64,000 bases of DNA. Source: Octopus vulgaris. Its lineage: Eukaryota. A program made the position numbers and the translations under genes. Shown here piece by piece: positions 63,864 to 64,000 of the stretch. Position 1 is the first letter of the stretch. The number at the start of each line of letters is the position of its first letter. The DNA is taken from positions 10,664,001-10,728,000 of the forward strand of contig OX597822.1 of assembly GCA_951406725.2 (NCBI GenBank), given 5' to 3'. The notes under the pieces are model-generated. The model made no database searches and was not told the DNA's origin. It saw only the letters and a list, made by a program, of their open reading frames with translations.

Positions 63864-64000
63864 CGATGGGCCTCTTTTTGTTTACTTCTAATAAATCCAC
63901 TTATCAGGGCCTGGTAATTTCGTTTTATATACTTGCCCAAGCAGTTTTAGTAGAAATCATCAGAGTATTTAAGGCTTCACTCCATTGAAGGAAAATGTTC

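Overview
AT-rich, microsatellite-saturated eukaryotic DNA with no supportable host gene. The SINE, microsatellite and transposon make-up looks like an octopus or other cephalopod genome, which is an inference. The window is dominated by a near-identical head-to-tail array (7380-21984, minus strand) of a ~4.4-kb Penelope-like retroelement (PLE; RT plus a Neptune-type Cys linker and GIY-YIG endonuclease). The array holds three full units and one 5'-truncated unit; a 5'-truncated solo copy lies at 39087-41533. Each full unit has (i) an upstream coiled-coil/basic ORF1 that overlaps the RT-EN frame at a U_UUU_UUA slippery heptamer, with the conserved PLE N-terminal motif lying upstream of the first RT AUG, which points to a gag-pol-like -1 ribosomal frameshift; (ii) a minimal hammerhead ribozyme with a U3-A8 core covariation 56 nt from the 3' end; and (iii) an (AT)4 linker between units that matches the (TA)n target at all insertion ends. 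The rest of the window contains 3' tails of other PLE families with variant hammerheads, Poseidon- and Naiad-like endonuclease relics, a non-autonomous Helitron, Tc1/mariner, RTE, CR1-like and RLE-type LINE relics, tRNA-derived SINEs, and several fold-back inversions, most of them centred on (TA)n.
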